Shown: one piece after another, positions 45,173 to 55,078 of the stretch | Layout of the letters: each line of letters begins with the position of its first letter | Numbering within the stretch: the stretch's first letter is position 1 | From: Gemmatimonadaceae bacterium | Lineage (GTDB): Bacteria; Gemmatimonadota; Gemmatimonadetes; Gemmatimonadales; Gemmatimonadaceae | Direction of reading: 5' to 3' | NCBI GenBank assembly: GCA_033763905.1 | Contig: JANRJP010000085.1 | Span: forward strand, 1-64,000 | Length of the DNA: 64,000 nucleotides | The notes under the pieces: generated by a model | Seen by the model: the letters and a program-made list of their open reading frames with translations, nothing else | Told to the model about the DNA's origin: nothing | Database searches by the model: none | Made by a program: the position numbers and the translations under genes

Positions 45173-46272
45173 CAGCGGGCCCCCCAGAAGCGCCGTCGCG
45201 GCGTGCTCGACGTCTCGGGGAGCATCCCGAGGAAGCGCGCGTAGTCGCGATCGGTGATGGCCGTCTCGAGGCGCGCCGCGTCGGCCTGCGCACCAATGAT
45301 GGCACCGACCGACGTGGCATCGTGCGCTTGCCCGCCCAGCCGCATCAGCAGAATCGACCGACGATAGGCCTCTTCGAAGTCCTGGCCCCGCACCTGCACC
45401 ATCAGGTTGTTGAACCACGGCTCGGCGCCACCGAGCAGCAGCGCGTTGCGCGCCTGGGCTTCGTCCTGAAAGGTGACGGTGATGCGATACGGGCCCGGCC
45501 ACTGCGGCAACCAGGCAGCGGGCGTGGTCGTGGCGAGCCACTGCTGGGCCGCCTCGCGGACGGCGGCCTCGATGCGGCGGCTCGCTTCGGCACGCGGCAG
45601 CAGTTCGGCGTGCGAGCGATCGATGGCCCGCTTCACGGTGGCGTACTTCGCCCACGGCATCATCCGGCGCGTCTCGACTTCCAACTGATCGTCGCCGGCC
45701 ATGGCAATGACCGGAATGCGAAACCGCGCGGCACCGGCCGCGAGCAGCATCCCCTCGTTGAAGGGCACGCCATTCACCTTGTACTGGATGTCGTGGAACG
45801 TGTACGTGTGACTCAGGAAGCCGCGACTGTTGCCGGCGCCGGCGTGCATCCCCACCGCGACGATGGCATCGACCGTGTGGTCGTACGAGTCGACGTAAAT
45901 GTCGAACGGCGCCTCGCGAAAGCCGATCGTCGCCGGTGCGCTGAGTTCGGCCTCCAGCACATCGGGCTCGGATTGATTCCCCGAGCCGTGCCCATCGACG
46001 ACCACGATGTCGGTGATGCCAACCGCCTTGAGGCCGGCGATGGCGGCGTTGACGTCGGCCGTGACCTGGCGACGCCCTTCCGCATAGCGCGCCGGGTGAT
46101 CGACCGTGGTCATCCGGTAGTCGTCGATGCCCGCCGCGCCCTCCATATCGGCGAGAATCATCACGCGCAGGGGCCGGACCTGCGGGCGAGCGGGCGCTTG
46201 AGCCGCCAGCGGAAGGGGCGCCAGAAGCAGGGACAGCGCCAGCAACCGGCCGAGTGCGGGATGTCGTATCAT
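45172..46272 (-). CDS. M55 D-aminopeptidase (DppA family) with signal peptide
   Basis: ADMEG, VDGHG, GMHA, LSHT, NEG and GDD motifs. Confidence 0.88.
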   Translation of the reverse strand: MIRHPALGRLLALSLLLAPLPLAAQAPARPQVRPLRVMILADMEGAAGIDDYRMTTVDHPARYAEGRRQVTADVNAAIAGLKAVGITDIVVVDGHGSGNQSEPDVLEAELSAPATIGFREAPFDIYVDSYDHTVDAIVAVGMHAGAGNSRGFLSHTYTFHDIQYKVNGVPFNEGMLLAAGAARFRIPVIAMAGDDQLEVETRRMMPWAKYATVKRAIDRSHAELLPRAEASRRIEAAVREAAQQWLATTTPAAWLPQWPGPYRITVTFQDEAQARNALLLGGAEPWFNNLMVQVRGQDFEEAYRRSILLMRLGGQAHDATSVGAIIGAQADAARLETAITDRDYARFLGMLPETSSTPRRRFWGAR

Positions 46273-46339
46273 TCGCAGGTCCCACCGAAACGTGACGCCG
46301 GACGGGAACCCACCCGCCGCCCAGCAGGATTCTTCAGGA

Positions 46340-47347
46340 ATGTCCTCTCTCGTGCGCTCTTTCGCTACGCTTGCTGTCGCGGTGCTTGCTCTGACGGCTT
46401 GCGAATCTCCCCGCGAGGCCCCGCCGATCGGCGACGAGGCCTGGACCAAGCAACTCGACACCCAATTCGCCGGTCTTCGTCGCATCCGTACGGGCGAGAC
46501 AAGCGTGCTGTCGTGGTCGGGGCTGTGGCCGCTGCCGGAGGGGCGGACGACGTTCGGGAGCGGCGCCGATCAGGCGATTCGCCTTGACGCTCCCGAGGTA
46601 CCGCCGAGCGCTGGCGTGTTTGTGCGGGCCGGGACCGATGTGCTGGTGGAGCCGTCGCCAGGCACCAAGATCCAGCTTGCCGATGGCACCGTCATCGACG
46701 GGCCGTTCAAGCTGATCTCCGACATCGCGAAAGGCACGACCGCGTTGCAGTTCGGCACCACGCGTGTGGTCCTGCACGAAGAGCCGACGGCCAGCGGCCG
46801 ATGGATTCGGGCGTCGCGGTCGGACGCGGCGGCCATCACCGGGTACACCGACCCGCCACGATACGCCGCCAATCGGGCCTACCGCGTCGCAGCGAAGCTC
46901 CTGCCGTCGTCGACCGGCATCACGATGGACCTGCCCGACGTGACCGGCGGCACGCAGCAGTTTGCGCTGGCGGGCGAACTGTCGTTCCGGCTCAACGGCG
47001 AGTCACTCCGCCTGCTGGCGTTCAAGCGGCCGGGTCGTGATTCGCTTTTCGTGATGTTTCGCGACGCGACCAGCGGCACGACGACCTATGACGCGGCGCG
47101 CTACGTCTACGTGCCGCGCCCCGACGCCGAGAACTGGACCGTGCTGGACTTCAACAAGGCGCACAACCCGCCGTGCGCCTTCACGACCTTCTCGACCTGC
47201 GTGCTACCGCCCAAGGCGAACCGCCTGACCGTTCCGATCGAAGCAGGCGAGCAGCTCCCCACCGCCCCGCGCATCGGCGCACCAGCAGCAGCCGGTGACG
47301 CCGGTACGGCTACCGCGTCGCCTTCGACGCCGCGTCCGCGAGGGTGA
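46340..47347 (+). CDS. DUF1684 family lipoprotein
   Basis: Lipobox LTAC; FRDATSGTTTY, LDFNKAHNPPCAFT and IEAGE. Confidence 0.85.
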   Translation: MSSLVRSFATLAVAVLALTACESPREAPPIGDEAWTKQLDTQFAGLRRIRTGETSVLSWSGLWPLPEGRTTFGSGADQAIRLDAPEVPPSAGVFVRAGTDVLVEPSPGTKIQLADGTVIDGPFKLISDIAKGTTALQFGTTRVVLHEEPTASGRWIRASRSDAAAITGYTDPPRYAANRAYRVAAKLLPSSTGITMDLPDVTGGTQQFALAGELSFRLNGESLRLLAFKRPGRDSLFVMFRDATSGTTTYDAARYVYVPRPDAENWTVLDFNKAHNPPCAFTTFSTCVLPPKANRLTVPIEAGEQLPTAPRIGAPAAAGDAGTATASPSTPRPRG

Positions 47348-49148
47348 AGTCCTCGCCGGGATTGATGAAGCGATCGGCTTCGAGCTTGTATTGCCGATCG
47401 TACAACTCCCGGTAGCGACCGTGGAGGGCGATCAATTCGGCGTGCGTCCCCCGCTCGACGATCTCGCCCTTCTCGAGCACCAGAATCTGATCGGCGCTGG
47501 TGATCGTGCTCAGCCGGTGCGCGATGACGAACGTCGTGCGACCCGCACGCAGCGTCCTGAGGCCCTCCTGAATCATCGCCTCGCTCTCGGAGTCGAGTGA
47601 GGATGTGGCCTCGTCGAGGATGAGCAGCCGCGGGTTGGCCAGGATCGCGCGCGCGATGGCCACTCGCTGCCGCTGGCCGCCCGACAGTTTCACGCCGCGC
47701 TCGCCGACGATGGTGTCGTAGGCGTCGGGGAACTTCGACACGAACTCGTCGACGTTCGCGATCTTCGCGACGCGGATGATGTCCTCGAGCGTGGCGTCCG
47801 GGCGAGTGAAGGCGATGTTGTCCTTCACCGTCCCGTCGAACAGGAAGTTGTCCTGCAACACGACGCCCAGCTGTGCCCGGTACTCCGCCAGCTTGAGCTC
47901 GGCCAGGTCGGAGCCGTCGACCGTGATGCGCCCTTGCTGCGGCCGCGCGAAGGCCATCACCAACGAGATCAGCGTGCTCTTGCCCGAGCCGGACGACCCC
48001 ACCAGCGCAGTGGTGGTACCGGCCGGGGCGTGGAACGACACGCCCCGCAGCACGGGTACGCCGGGCTCGTACTCGAACCACACGTTCTCGAAGGCCACAT
48101 CGCCCCGCACGGTCGGCACCGGGCGCTTGGTCGCGTCTTCCTGATCCTCGGTGGCCATATCGCGCAGCTCGCGAATGCGATCCAGCCCGGCAAAGGCCTC
48201 GGTGATCTGCGTGCCGATGTTGGCAATGCTCACCAGCGGCGCTGCGACCAGCCCGATGAAGAACACGTACATCACAAGATCGCCGATCGTCATTCGGCCG
48301 TCGCGCACGTCGCCGCCGCCTACCAGCATCAGGATCACACCCACCGCGCCGATCACGGCCGTGCTCAGCGCGGTCACGGCGGACGTGCCGGTGATGGTGC
48401 TGGCGATGTTCGAGAACAGACGCTCCACGCCTTCGCCGAAGACCTTCTGCTCACGCTTCTCGGCGGTGTAGACCTTCACGATCCGAATGCCGCCGATGGT
48501 TTCCGTCAGTCGTCCCGTCACGTCCGCGGTGATCACGCTCCGCTCGCGGAAAATCGGACGCAGTTTTCGGAAGGCGTAGGCCATTCCGGCCCCGAACACG
48601 CCGAGGAACACCACGGTGATGACCGTGAGCTTCCAGTTGAGCCAAATGAGAACGCCCAGGGCCACCGCCGCCGTCAGCACGCCACCCACGAGCTGAATGA
48701 TGCCGGTCCCCACGAGATTACGGATGCCTTCGGGGTCGTTCATCACGCGGGAGACCAGCACGCCGCTCTTGGTGCTGTCGAAGTAGCGCACCGGGAGTCG
48801 CACGAGGTGCCCCTGCACTTCGCGACGGAGATCGGCAATCGCGTGTTGCGCGGCGACCGACACCACCTGCGAGAGCGCATAGCTGGTAATCGCCTGAATG
48901 ACGGACGCCGCGCCGGCGCCAAGCGCCAGCCATCCGAGGAGCTCCCAGCGCTGCTTCGTGAGCACTTCGTCGATCAACCACTTCGACGATCCCGGCAGGA
49001 CCAGCCCGGCGGCTCGGGAGATCAGCATCATCACGAGACCAATCCCGACCGAGCGGCGATGCTGCCACATCAGGGCGCGGGCTTCGGCCCAGGCGCGTTC
49101 GGGATTGTACTTCTTCTTGCTCTTGGAGTCGGGTACGGCTGCGGCCAT
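47310..49148 (-). CDS. ABC exporter, fused permease/ATPase (MsbA-like)
   Basis: TM domain plus GSSGSGKS, LSGGQRQR, ILDEATS and IAHRLST. Confidence 0.93.
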   Translation of the reverse strand: MAAAVPDSKSKKKYNPERAWAEARALMWQHRRSVGIGLVMMLISRAAGLVLPGSSKWLIDEVLTKQRWELLGWLALGAGAASVIQAITSYALSQVVSVAAQHAIADLRREVQGHLVRLPVRYFDSTKSGVLVSRVMNDPEGIRNLVGTGIIQLVGGVLTAAVALGVLIWLNWKLTVITVVFLGVFGAGMAYAFRKLRPIFRERSVITADVTGRLTETIGGIRIVKVYTAEKREQKVFGEGVERLFSNIASTITGTSAVTALSTAVIGAVGVILMLVGGGDVRDGRMTIGDLVMYVFFIGLVAAPLVSIANIGTQITEAFAGLDRIRELRDMATEDQEDATKRPVPTVRGDVAFENVWFEYEPGVPVLRGVSFHAPAGTTTALVGSSGSGKSTLISLVMAFARPQQGRITVDGSDLAELKLAEYRAQLGVVLQDNFLFDGTVKDNIAFTRPDATLEDIIRVAKIANVDEFVSKFPDAYDTIVGERGVKLSGGQRQRVAIARAILANPRLLILDEATSSLDSESEAMIQEGLRTLRAGRTTFVIAHRLSTITSADQILVLEKGEIVERGTHAELIALHGRYRELYDRQYKLEADRFINPGEDFTLADAASKATR

Positions 49149-49157
49149 GCCCGCAAC

Positions 49158-50228
49158 CTATCGCGTGGGCCGCCCGGCGGCGATGCGCCCTTGCGCCGCC
49201 AGTAGCTGCACGGCGCCGAGCAGCGCCCCAAAACGGGGATCTGTCGTCAGGCCCGCCTTCCAGCGGGCGTAGATCTGCTGGGCAATCACTGCGATCTTGA
49301 AGAGCCCGAAGGCGTGGTACCAGCCCATTGGCGGTATCTCGCGGCCCGTCACGGCGCCGTAGCGCGCCCACAGCTCGGCGCGACGCAGGTTGCCCGGCAG
49401 TGCGCTGATGCCGAGCCCCAGCGCCTTGAGTTGCGGCGGATCGTCCGCTTCGAGCCAGTAGCCGAGCGAAGTCCCGAGGTCGAGCAAGGGATCACCCACG
49501 GTGGCCATCTCCCAGTCGAGCACCGCGCGGATCTCGGTGAGGTCGTCCGGCGCGAGCATCAGGTTGTCGTACTTGAAGTCGTTGTGCACCAGCGCCGGCG
49601 TGCCGGTGGGCGGCTGCTCGGCGGTGAGCCACTCGGCGAGGGCGTCCATTGCCGGTACGTCGTCGGTGCGCGCCTTCTGCCAGCGCTGAACCCAACCCGA
49701 GACCTGGCGGCCGACATAGCCCTCGGGACGGCCAAGCTCGCGCAGGCCGGGGACGTCGAGCGGCACCCGGTGAATCGCCACCAGCGTGTCGAGAAAGGTC
49801 TCCGACAGCCGCGCGCAGGTCGTGGCGTCGAGCGCGGCCGCAATCTCGGGCGTGACCATCCGCAGGATCACGCCGTGGACGCGGCGCATCACGTAGAACG
49901 GCGCCCCAACCACGGACTCGTCTTCGCACAGGGCAAGCGGCGTCGGCACGGGAACGCCCGCCCCGTGCACGGCGTGCAGGACGCGATACTCGCGCGCCAT
50001 ATCGTGCGCGATGCCCGGCCGCACGCCGACGGGCGGGCGCCGCAGGACCAGCTCGTCGGCCCCGATCCGCACGAGATACGTGAGGTTCGAGAATCCGCGG
50101 GGAAACTGCTGGACGGCTATCTCGCCGCGAAGCCCCAAAGCGTTTCCGAGGAAGCCGCCGAGCGCCTCCGGGTCAAGCGCCTCACCGGCGCGGACGTCGA
50201 CCGCCCCGTCTCGCGGCAGCGTGGTCAC
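49158..50228 (-). CDS. APH-family phosphotransferase (ACAD10/11 kinase-domain-like)
   Basis: GFSNLTY, VLRRPP, HDMAREY, VHNDFKYDN and LDWEMATVGDP. Confidence 0.9.
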   Translation of the reverse strand: MTTLPRDGAVDVRAGEALDPEALGGFLGNALGLRGEIAVQQFPRGFSNLTYLVRIGADELVLRRPPVGVRPGIAHDMAREYRVLHAVHGAGVPVPTPLALCEDESVVGAPFYVMRRVHGVILRMVTPEIAAALDATTCARLSETFLDTLVAIHRVPLDVPGLRELGRPEGYVGRQVSGWVQRWQKARTDDVPAMDALAEWLTAEQPPTGTPALVHNDFKYDNLMLAPDDLTEIRAVLDWEMATVGDPLLDLGTSLGYWLEADDPPQLKALGLGISALPGNLRRAELWARYGAVTGREIPPMGWYHAFGLFKIAVIAQQIYARWKAGLTTDPRFGALLGAVQLLAAQGRIAAGRPTR

Positions 50229-51436
50229 GCGCGGTACCGGCGCAGGATCTCGCGCGCCACGACGGACTTGTGCACTTCGTCCGGCCCGTCGTAAATGCGC
50301 GCACCGCGCTCGTGGGCATACCAGAACGCCAGCGGCGTATCGTGCGTGAGCCCCAGCGCCCCGTGCACCTGCACCGCGCGATCCAGCACCCGCTGCAGCA
50401 CGCCGGCCACGTGGAACTTGATGAGCGAAATGCGCTCGCGCGCCGCCTTCTGCCCCTGACGGTCCATCAGCTCGGCGGTATCCACAACCAAGAGGCGGGC
50501 GGCGTCGAGCTCGGCGCGTGATTCGGCGATCGCGTGTTGCACCACCTGCTGATCGGCGAGCCGCTTGCCGTCGCCCAATTCGCGGCTGGCGGCGCGGCGG
50601 CACATCAGATCAATGGCGCGTTCGGCAGTGCCGATCCAGCGCATACAGTGGTGAATGCGACCCGGCCCCAGCCGCTCTTGCGCCAGCGCGAAACCCGCGC
50701 CTCGGCCGCCAATGACGGCATCGGCCGGGACACGCACTTCCTCGAAGCGCAGTTCCGCGTGGCTCGCCCAGTCGTCGCCGGGGTGCCCCATCACGTTGAT
50801 GTTGCGCACCAGATGCACGCCGGGCGCGTCCATCGGCACGAGCAACATCGACGCGCGGCCGTAGGGCGACGGGGCATCGGGCTCGGTCACCGCCATCACG
50901 ATCGCGAACGCGGCGCCGTCCGCCGCTGTGGTGAACCACTTATGCGCGTTGAGCACCCAAGTGTCGCCGTCGAGCACCGCCTGCGCGTCCATCAGCACCG
51001 GGTTGGCGCCGGCGTTGTCGGGTTCCGTCATCGCGAAGCAACTGCGGATTGCGCCGGTCAGCAGCGGCGCGAGCCATCGACTGCGCTGCGCCGCCGACCC
51101 GTGCGCCAGCAGCAACTCGATGTTGCCGACATCGGGCGCCTGACAGTGAAACGCATAGTGCGCCAACGGCGACCAGCCGAGCTCGGCGCTGACGTGCGCG
51201 AAGTCGGCGAGAGCCAGTCCCATCCCGCCATCGGCGACAGGGATGTACGGTGCCCACAGGCCCGCTTGGCGCACCACGGTGCGGACGGCGTCGAGTTCGG
51301 GCGTGAGGGCGCGGAAGGAACCGTTGAGAAATGCGGGTTCGAGCGGCACGATCCGTTCGCGGACGATGCGCCGCACGCGCAGCAGCAGCGCGTCGCGTTC
51401 GTCGAGCGAGAGTCGCGGGTTTGGCGAACCGCTCAT
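50225..51436 (-). CDS. Acyl-CoA dehydrogenase (ACAD10/11-like)
   Basis: CQAPDVGN, SCFAMTEPD, RLGPGRIHHCMR and RIYDGPDEVH. Confidence 0.92.
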   Translation of the reverse strand: MSGSPNPRLSLDERDALLLRVRRIVRERIVPLEPAFLNGSFRALTPELDAVRTVVRQAGLWAPYIPVADGGMGLALADFAHVSAELGWSPLAHYAFHCQAPDVGNIELLLAHGSAAQRSRWLAPLLTGAIRSCFAMTEPDNAGANPVLMDAQAVLDGDTWVLNAHKWFTTAADGAAFAIVMAVTEPDAPSPYGRASMLLVPMDAPGVHLVRNINVMGHPGDDWASHAELRFEEVRVPADAVIGGRGAGFALAQERLGPGRIHHCMRWIGTAERAIDLMCRRAASRELGDGKRLADQQVVQHAIAESRAELDAARLLVVDTAELMDRQGQKAARERISLIKFHVAGVLQRVLDRAVQVHGALGLTHDTPLAFWYAHERGARIYDGPDEVHKSVVAREILRRYRA

Positions 51437-52182
51437 ACCGTGAACCCACCGTCCGCCATATAGACACCGCCGGTGCAGTACGACGCTTCGTCGCTGGCCA
51501 GGAATCGCGCGAGCCCCGCGATCTCGTCCGGTTCGCCCACGCGCGGAATCGGTTGCGACTTGAGGAAGCGCCCCATCAGTTTTTCGTCCTGCCAGAGGAC
51601 CTGCGAGAAGTCGGTGCGAATGAGCCCGGGGCAAATCGTGTTGGCTCGGATGCCCATCGGTCCCCACTCGCGTGCCATCACCTGCGTCAGCGAGATCAGC
51701 GCCGCCTTGGACACGCTGTAGATGCCCAGTCCCGGCTCCGGCGAGACGCCGCCGATCGAACTGATGTTGACGATGGCGCCGCCGCGCTCCTTCAGGGCGG
51801 GCAGGAGCGCACGGCACAGCTGGAACGGCCCGCGCACGTTGACGGCGATGATCTTGTCGAAGGCGTCGTCGCTCGTGTCCTGCACGGGGCCAAAGACCGG
51901 ATTGACCGCCGCGTTGTTGACGACGATCTGGATGCCGCCGTAGGCGCGCACCGCGGCCTCGGCGAGGCGCGCCACATCGTCGGGCTTGCCGATGTTGGCT
52001 GGAATGCCGGCGGCTTCGTAGCCGTCGGCGCGGAGCGCTGCCACGGTGGCATCGACCGCGTCGGTCTTGCGCGAGGAGACGATGACGCGGGCGCCCGCGG
52101 CGGCGAGGGCGCGGGCCGTGGCGAGGCCGATGCCTCGGGTGCCGCCGGTGATCAGTGCGGTGCGGTCTTCGAGAGGACGCAT
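51433..52182 (-). CDS. Short-chain dehydrogenase/reductase (DHRS4-like)
   Basis: TGGTRGIG, NNAAVNP, YSVSK and CPGLIRTDFS. Confidence 0.92.
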   Translation of the reverse strand: MRPLEDRTALITGGTRGIGLATARALAAAGARVIVSSRKTDAVDATVAALRADGYEAAGIPANIGKPDDVARLAEAAVRAYGGIQIVVNNAAVNPVFGPVQDTSDDAFDKIIAVNVRGPFQLCRALLPALKERGGAIVNISSIGGVSPEPGLGIYSVSKAALISLTQVMAREWGPMGIRANTICPGLIRTDFSQVLWQDEKLMGRFLKSQPIPRVGEPDEIAGLARFLASDEASYCTGGVYMADGGFTV

Positions 52183-52220
52183 CCGCGAAGTGTGCGGCCC
52201 CGATCAGCGAGGGGCTAGGG

Positions 52221-52502
52221 TCAGGCCGCGTACTCGCTGTGGGCAACGGCCATCGCGCCGCCGTCGACCACGTGCGAGAATCCCCGCTCCTTGAGCACGC
52301 GCGCGGCCGCGGCCGAGCGCGCCCCACTGGCGCAGTAGACCATTACCCGACGATCCGGCGTGAGCTCGGGATGCTCGCTCAGCCGCTCGGCGAGGGTATC
52401 CACCGGGATGTGCACGGCCCCTTCGAGGTGACCGAGCCAGAATTCGAGCTTGGTGCGGACATCGACCACGACGTCCACTGGGCGATTGCGAAAACGCGGC
52501 AT
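52221..52502 (-). CDS. Single-domain rhodanese
   Basis: VDVRT, GHLEGAVHIP and YCASGARS active-site loop. Confidence 0.88.
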   Translation of the reverse strand: MPRFRNRPVDVVVDVRTKLEFWLGHLEGAVHIPVDTLAERLSEHPELTPDRRVMVYCASGARSAAAARVLKERGFSHVVDGGAMAVAHSEYAA

Positions 52503-52526
52503 AGCGGGGGCAGGTGAAGTTGAATA

Positions 52527-52555
52527 ACTATATTGGCATATACTATACCTGTCTA
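52527..52555 (-). promoter_or_regulatory. Sigma70-type promoter with overlapping palindrome
   Basis: Minus strand TAGACA-N17-TATAGT in an AT-rich patch; TATAT-TGGC-ATATA palindrome at 52529-52542. Confidence 0.65.
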
Positions 52556-52582
52556 GCCCCCCCAGGGCCCGCCAGGCCGCCC

Positions 52583-53899
52583 TCAGCGCCTCGCCAGCAC
52601 CCGAAGTGCCTCGACCAAGCGCCCTACGTCGTCCGGGGTCGAGTGCAGTGCCGGCGTCACCCGCACGCAGTCGCCTCGCGCCAGCCCCGAGCGCGCGACG
52701 GTGAAGATCCCGAACTCGTCCGCCAGCGTGCGCGCCAGCGCGGCGTTTCGGCGCTCGTCGCCGTCCCCGCGGAGCCGGAAGCTCGTGATCGCGCCGACCA
52801 TCGTGGGATCATCCGGCGTCAGTACATCCACGCCGGCAATCGCCCGCGCCGGCACCGCCCACTGATCGCGCAAATACCTGAGACGTGCGGCCTTGTTGGG
52901 GACGCCAATCGTCTCCTGAAACGTCAGCGCGTCATCGACCGCCATCACCGCCGCGAAGTCCGTCGTGCCGGTGTGCAGCCGCACGTCGATGCGATCGTGC
53001 GGCGGCGGCTCGCCCGGCGCCGGTGCGATGGCGTCTAGCCGGTCGCGGCGAATGCAGAACGCCGCCACGCCAACCGGTGCCCCCACCCACTTGTGAAGAT
53101 TGACGCCGACGAACGGCGCGCCAATCTCGGGAATCGAAAACGGGATCTGCCCGAAGGCGTGCGCCGAGTCGAGCACGACATCGGCGCCGCGTGCGGCGGC
53201 AAGCGCGGTGAGCTCCCGCACGGGATGCACCAGCCCGGTCTTGTTGTTGACGTGCGTCAGCAGCACCAGCTTGGTGCGCGGATTCGCATCCAGCGCCGCC
53301 GTGTACGCCGCGAGCACCCCCTCACGCGACGCCGGCTCGGGAATCGCCAGCGTGGCGACCGTCGCTGCCCGCGCGGCCGCGAGGCCGCGCATCGCGTCCT
53401 GCATCGCCGGGTAGTCCAGGTCCGCCACGAGCACCGTGTCGCCCGCGCGGAGTGGCAGGTACTGGCGGATCATCGTCTGCAGCGCCTCCGTGGCATTGCG
53501 CGCGAACGCCATCTCGCCGGGCGTCACCCCCAGCGCCGCCGCGACGCGAGCTCGGACGCGGGCCGCGATCGCCGGATACTCACGACGCGCAAAGGCCGCC
53601 CCCTCACGGTTCACTCGAACGACGTAGCGCTGGTAGGCCTCGAGCACCGGCCTCGCCATCGTGCCGAAGTACCCCGCCTCCAGATTCAGGATGCCACCAG
53701 ACACGTCGTACTGCCGGGCCACCCGACGCCAGTAGCGCTCGTCGCGCGCGACCGCCTCAGGATCCGCAGACGGCGGGATCAGATCGCTCAGCACCTCTGC
53801 CTCACCGATCGGCGAGGCGAGGGCTTCGGCCGGCATCCCGACAGCCGCGAGGGCAGCAGCAGCGGCGGTGCCGCGCAAAATCGTCCGACGAGAAGGCAT
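52583..53899 (-). CDS. Tat-exported class V PLP-dependent enzyme (isopenicillin-N epimerase/cysteine desulfurase-like)
   Basis: SRRTIL twin-arginine; RNATEA, LDSAHAFG and NLHKW (PLP lysine). Confidence 0.87.
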   Translation of the reverse strand: MPSRRTILRGTAAAAALAAVGMPAEALASPIGEAEVLSDLIPPSADPEAVARDERYWRRVARQYDVSGGILNLEAGYFGTMARPVLEAYQRYVVRVNREGAAFARREYPAIAARVRARVAAALGVTPGEMAFARNATEALQTMIRQYLPLRAGDTVLVADLDYPAMQDAMRGLAAARAATVATLAIPEPASREGVLAAYTAALDANPRTKLVLLTHVNNKTGLVHPVRELTALAAARGADVVLDSAHAFGQIPFSIPEIGAPFVGVNLHKWVGAPVGVAAFCIRRDRLDAIAPAPGEPPPHDRIDVRLHTGTTDFAAVMAVDDALTFQETIGVPNKAARLRYLRDQWAVPARAIAGVDVLTPDDPTMVGAITSFRLRGDGDERRNAALARTLADEFGIFTVARSGLARGDCVRVTPALHSTPDDVGRLVEALRVLARR

Positions 53900-53939
53900 A
53901 CCCAATGCTACGCGATCCCCTCACGCAGCACCACGCGCG

Positions 53940-55070
53940 CTACGGTCGATACACCCACGCGTCGACCCGCGGACCGGCTCCGTTGCCGTAGCCTCCGGTC
54001 ACCAGTGCCGCGCCGCCGGGGAGCAGTGCGCTCGCCGAGAACTGACCGCCCATCTGCGGGGCGCCCGGCACCAGGTCGAATCGATTGGCCACCGGATCGT
54101 AGCGCTCCGCCTGCGGCGCCCCTCCACTCACGAGTAGCGATCCATCGGGCAAGGTCAGCGTGTTGAAGGCGTGCTTGTAGCGCGCCAGCTGCAGATCGGG
54201 CCCATCGCGGAACCTGCCTGCCGCGGGGTCGTACACCTCCGTCGACCGATACGCGCCGCGATCATCCCGCTCATCCGACCCACCCAGCACCAGCACTCGG
54301 CCGTCGGGGAGACGAGCCGCATCGTGCTTGTGCCGACGCACGCGCATCGATCCGGTTGCCGTGAAGCGCTCCGTCCGGGGATCGTACAGTTCCGCGCTGG
54401 CAAAGAGTTCGACGGCGGACCGGCGCCCACGATGTCCTCCGACGACGAGCACCCGTCCGTCGTCGAGCAACACCGCCACGTGACTCTCGCGCGCGACGGT
54501 CATCGACCGCGTGGGCGAGAAGCGCCCCGTCGTGGGGTCAAACACTTCGGCCCCGTCCAGGAACGTCCAGTTCGGTCCGACACCACCCGCAATCAACACG
54601 CGACCATCGCTCAGCCGCACGGCGACGTGCCCGGCACGCGCCTGACGCATCGGCGCCACCGCCTCGAAGCGATTGGTCGTCGGATCGAAGATCTCGGCCT
54701 GCGCCAGCACGGCATTCTCGCGACCGTAACCGCCGACGATCAGGACCCGCCCGTCGCGGAGCGCCGTCGCCGTGTGGCTGTGGCGGACCACGCCCATTCG
54801 GGGCAGTGCGTCGAAGGTGCCGCGCCGGGGGTCGTAGGCCTCGGCGCTGACCGAGGCGCGCGCGTCGTCGGTGAAGCCGCCGGCAATCAGCACGCGGCCG
54901 TCGGGCAGCGCCGTCGCGGTGTGCGCCATTCGCGCGATGCGCATTGGGGCTGTTGCGACCAGCTCCCGGCGCGCCGTCGAGTGATGCGCGAGCTCGTCAC
55001 GCGGCAGCGCCTCAGTAGGTGGACGCACGAGCAGGAACAGCGCGAAGGCAGCTGAACGAGTACGAACCAT
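53940..55070 (-). CDS. Kelch-repeat beta-propeller protein
   Basis: Six to seven R-x-x-H-x-A-x-x-L-x-DGRVL-x-x-GG repeats. Confidence 0.9.
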   Translation of the reverse strand: MVRTRSAAFALFLLVRPPTEALPRDELAHHSTARRELVATAPMRIARMAHTATALPDGRVLIAGGFTDDARASVSAEAYDPRRGTFDALPRMGVVRHSHTATALRDGRVLIVGGYGRENAVLAQAEIFDPTTNRFEAVAPMRQARAGHVAVRLSDGRVLIAGGVGPNWTFLDGAEVFDPTTGRFSPTRSMTVARESHVAVLLDDGRVLVVGGHRGRRSAVELFASAELYDPRTERFTATGSMRVRRHKHDAARLPDGRVLVLGGSDERDDRGAYRSTEVYDPAAGRFRDGPDLQLARYKHAFNTLTLPDGSLLVSGGAPQAERYDPVANRFDLVPGAPQMGGQFSASALLPGGAALVTGGYGNGAGPRVDAWVYRP

Positions 55071-55078
55071 TCTGGACG

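Noticed and set aside
43766..46285. 839-aa ORF suggesting an M55-M24 fusion
   Set aside because: M55 is in another frame with its own stop at 45172; the upstream part is nonsense sequence
50225..52327. 700-aa ORF suggesting an N-terminally extended acyl-CoA dehydrogenase
   Set aside because: The extension is an off-frame read of the SDR gene; the real start is the ATG at 51436 overlapping the SDR stop
53940..55070. Repeated DNA units in the Kelch gene (and in the BNR gene at 30444-33608) as CRISPR or tandem arrays
   Set aside because: Degenerate protein-level propeller repeats; no identical repeat-spacer structure and no cas genes
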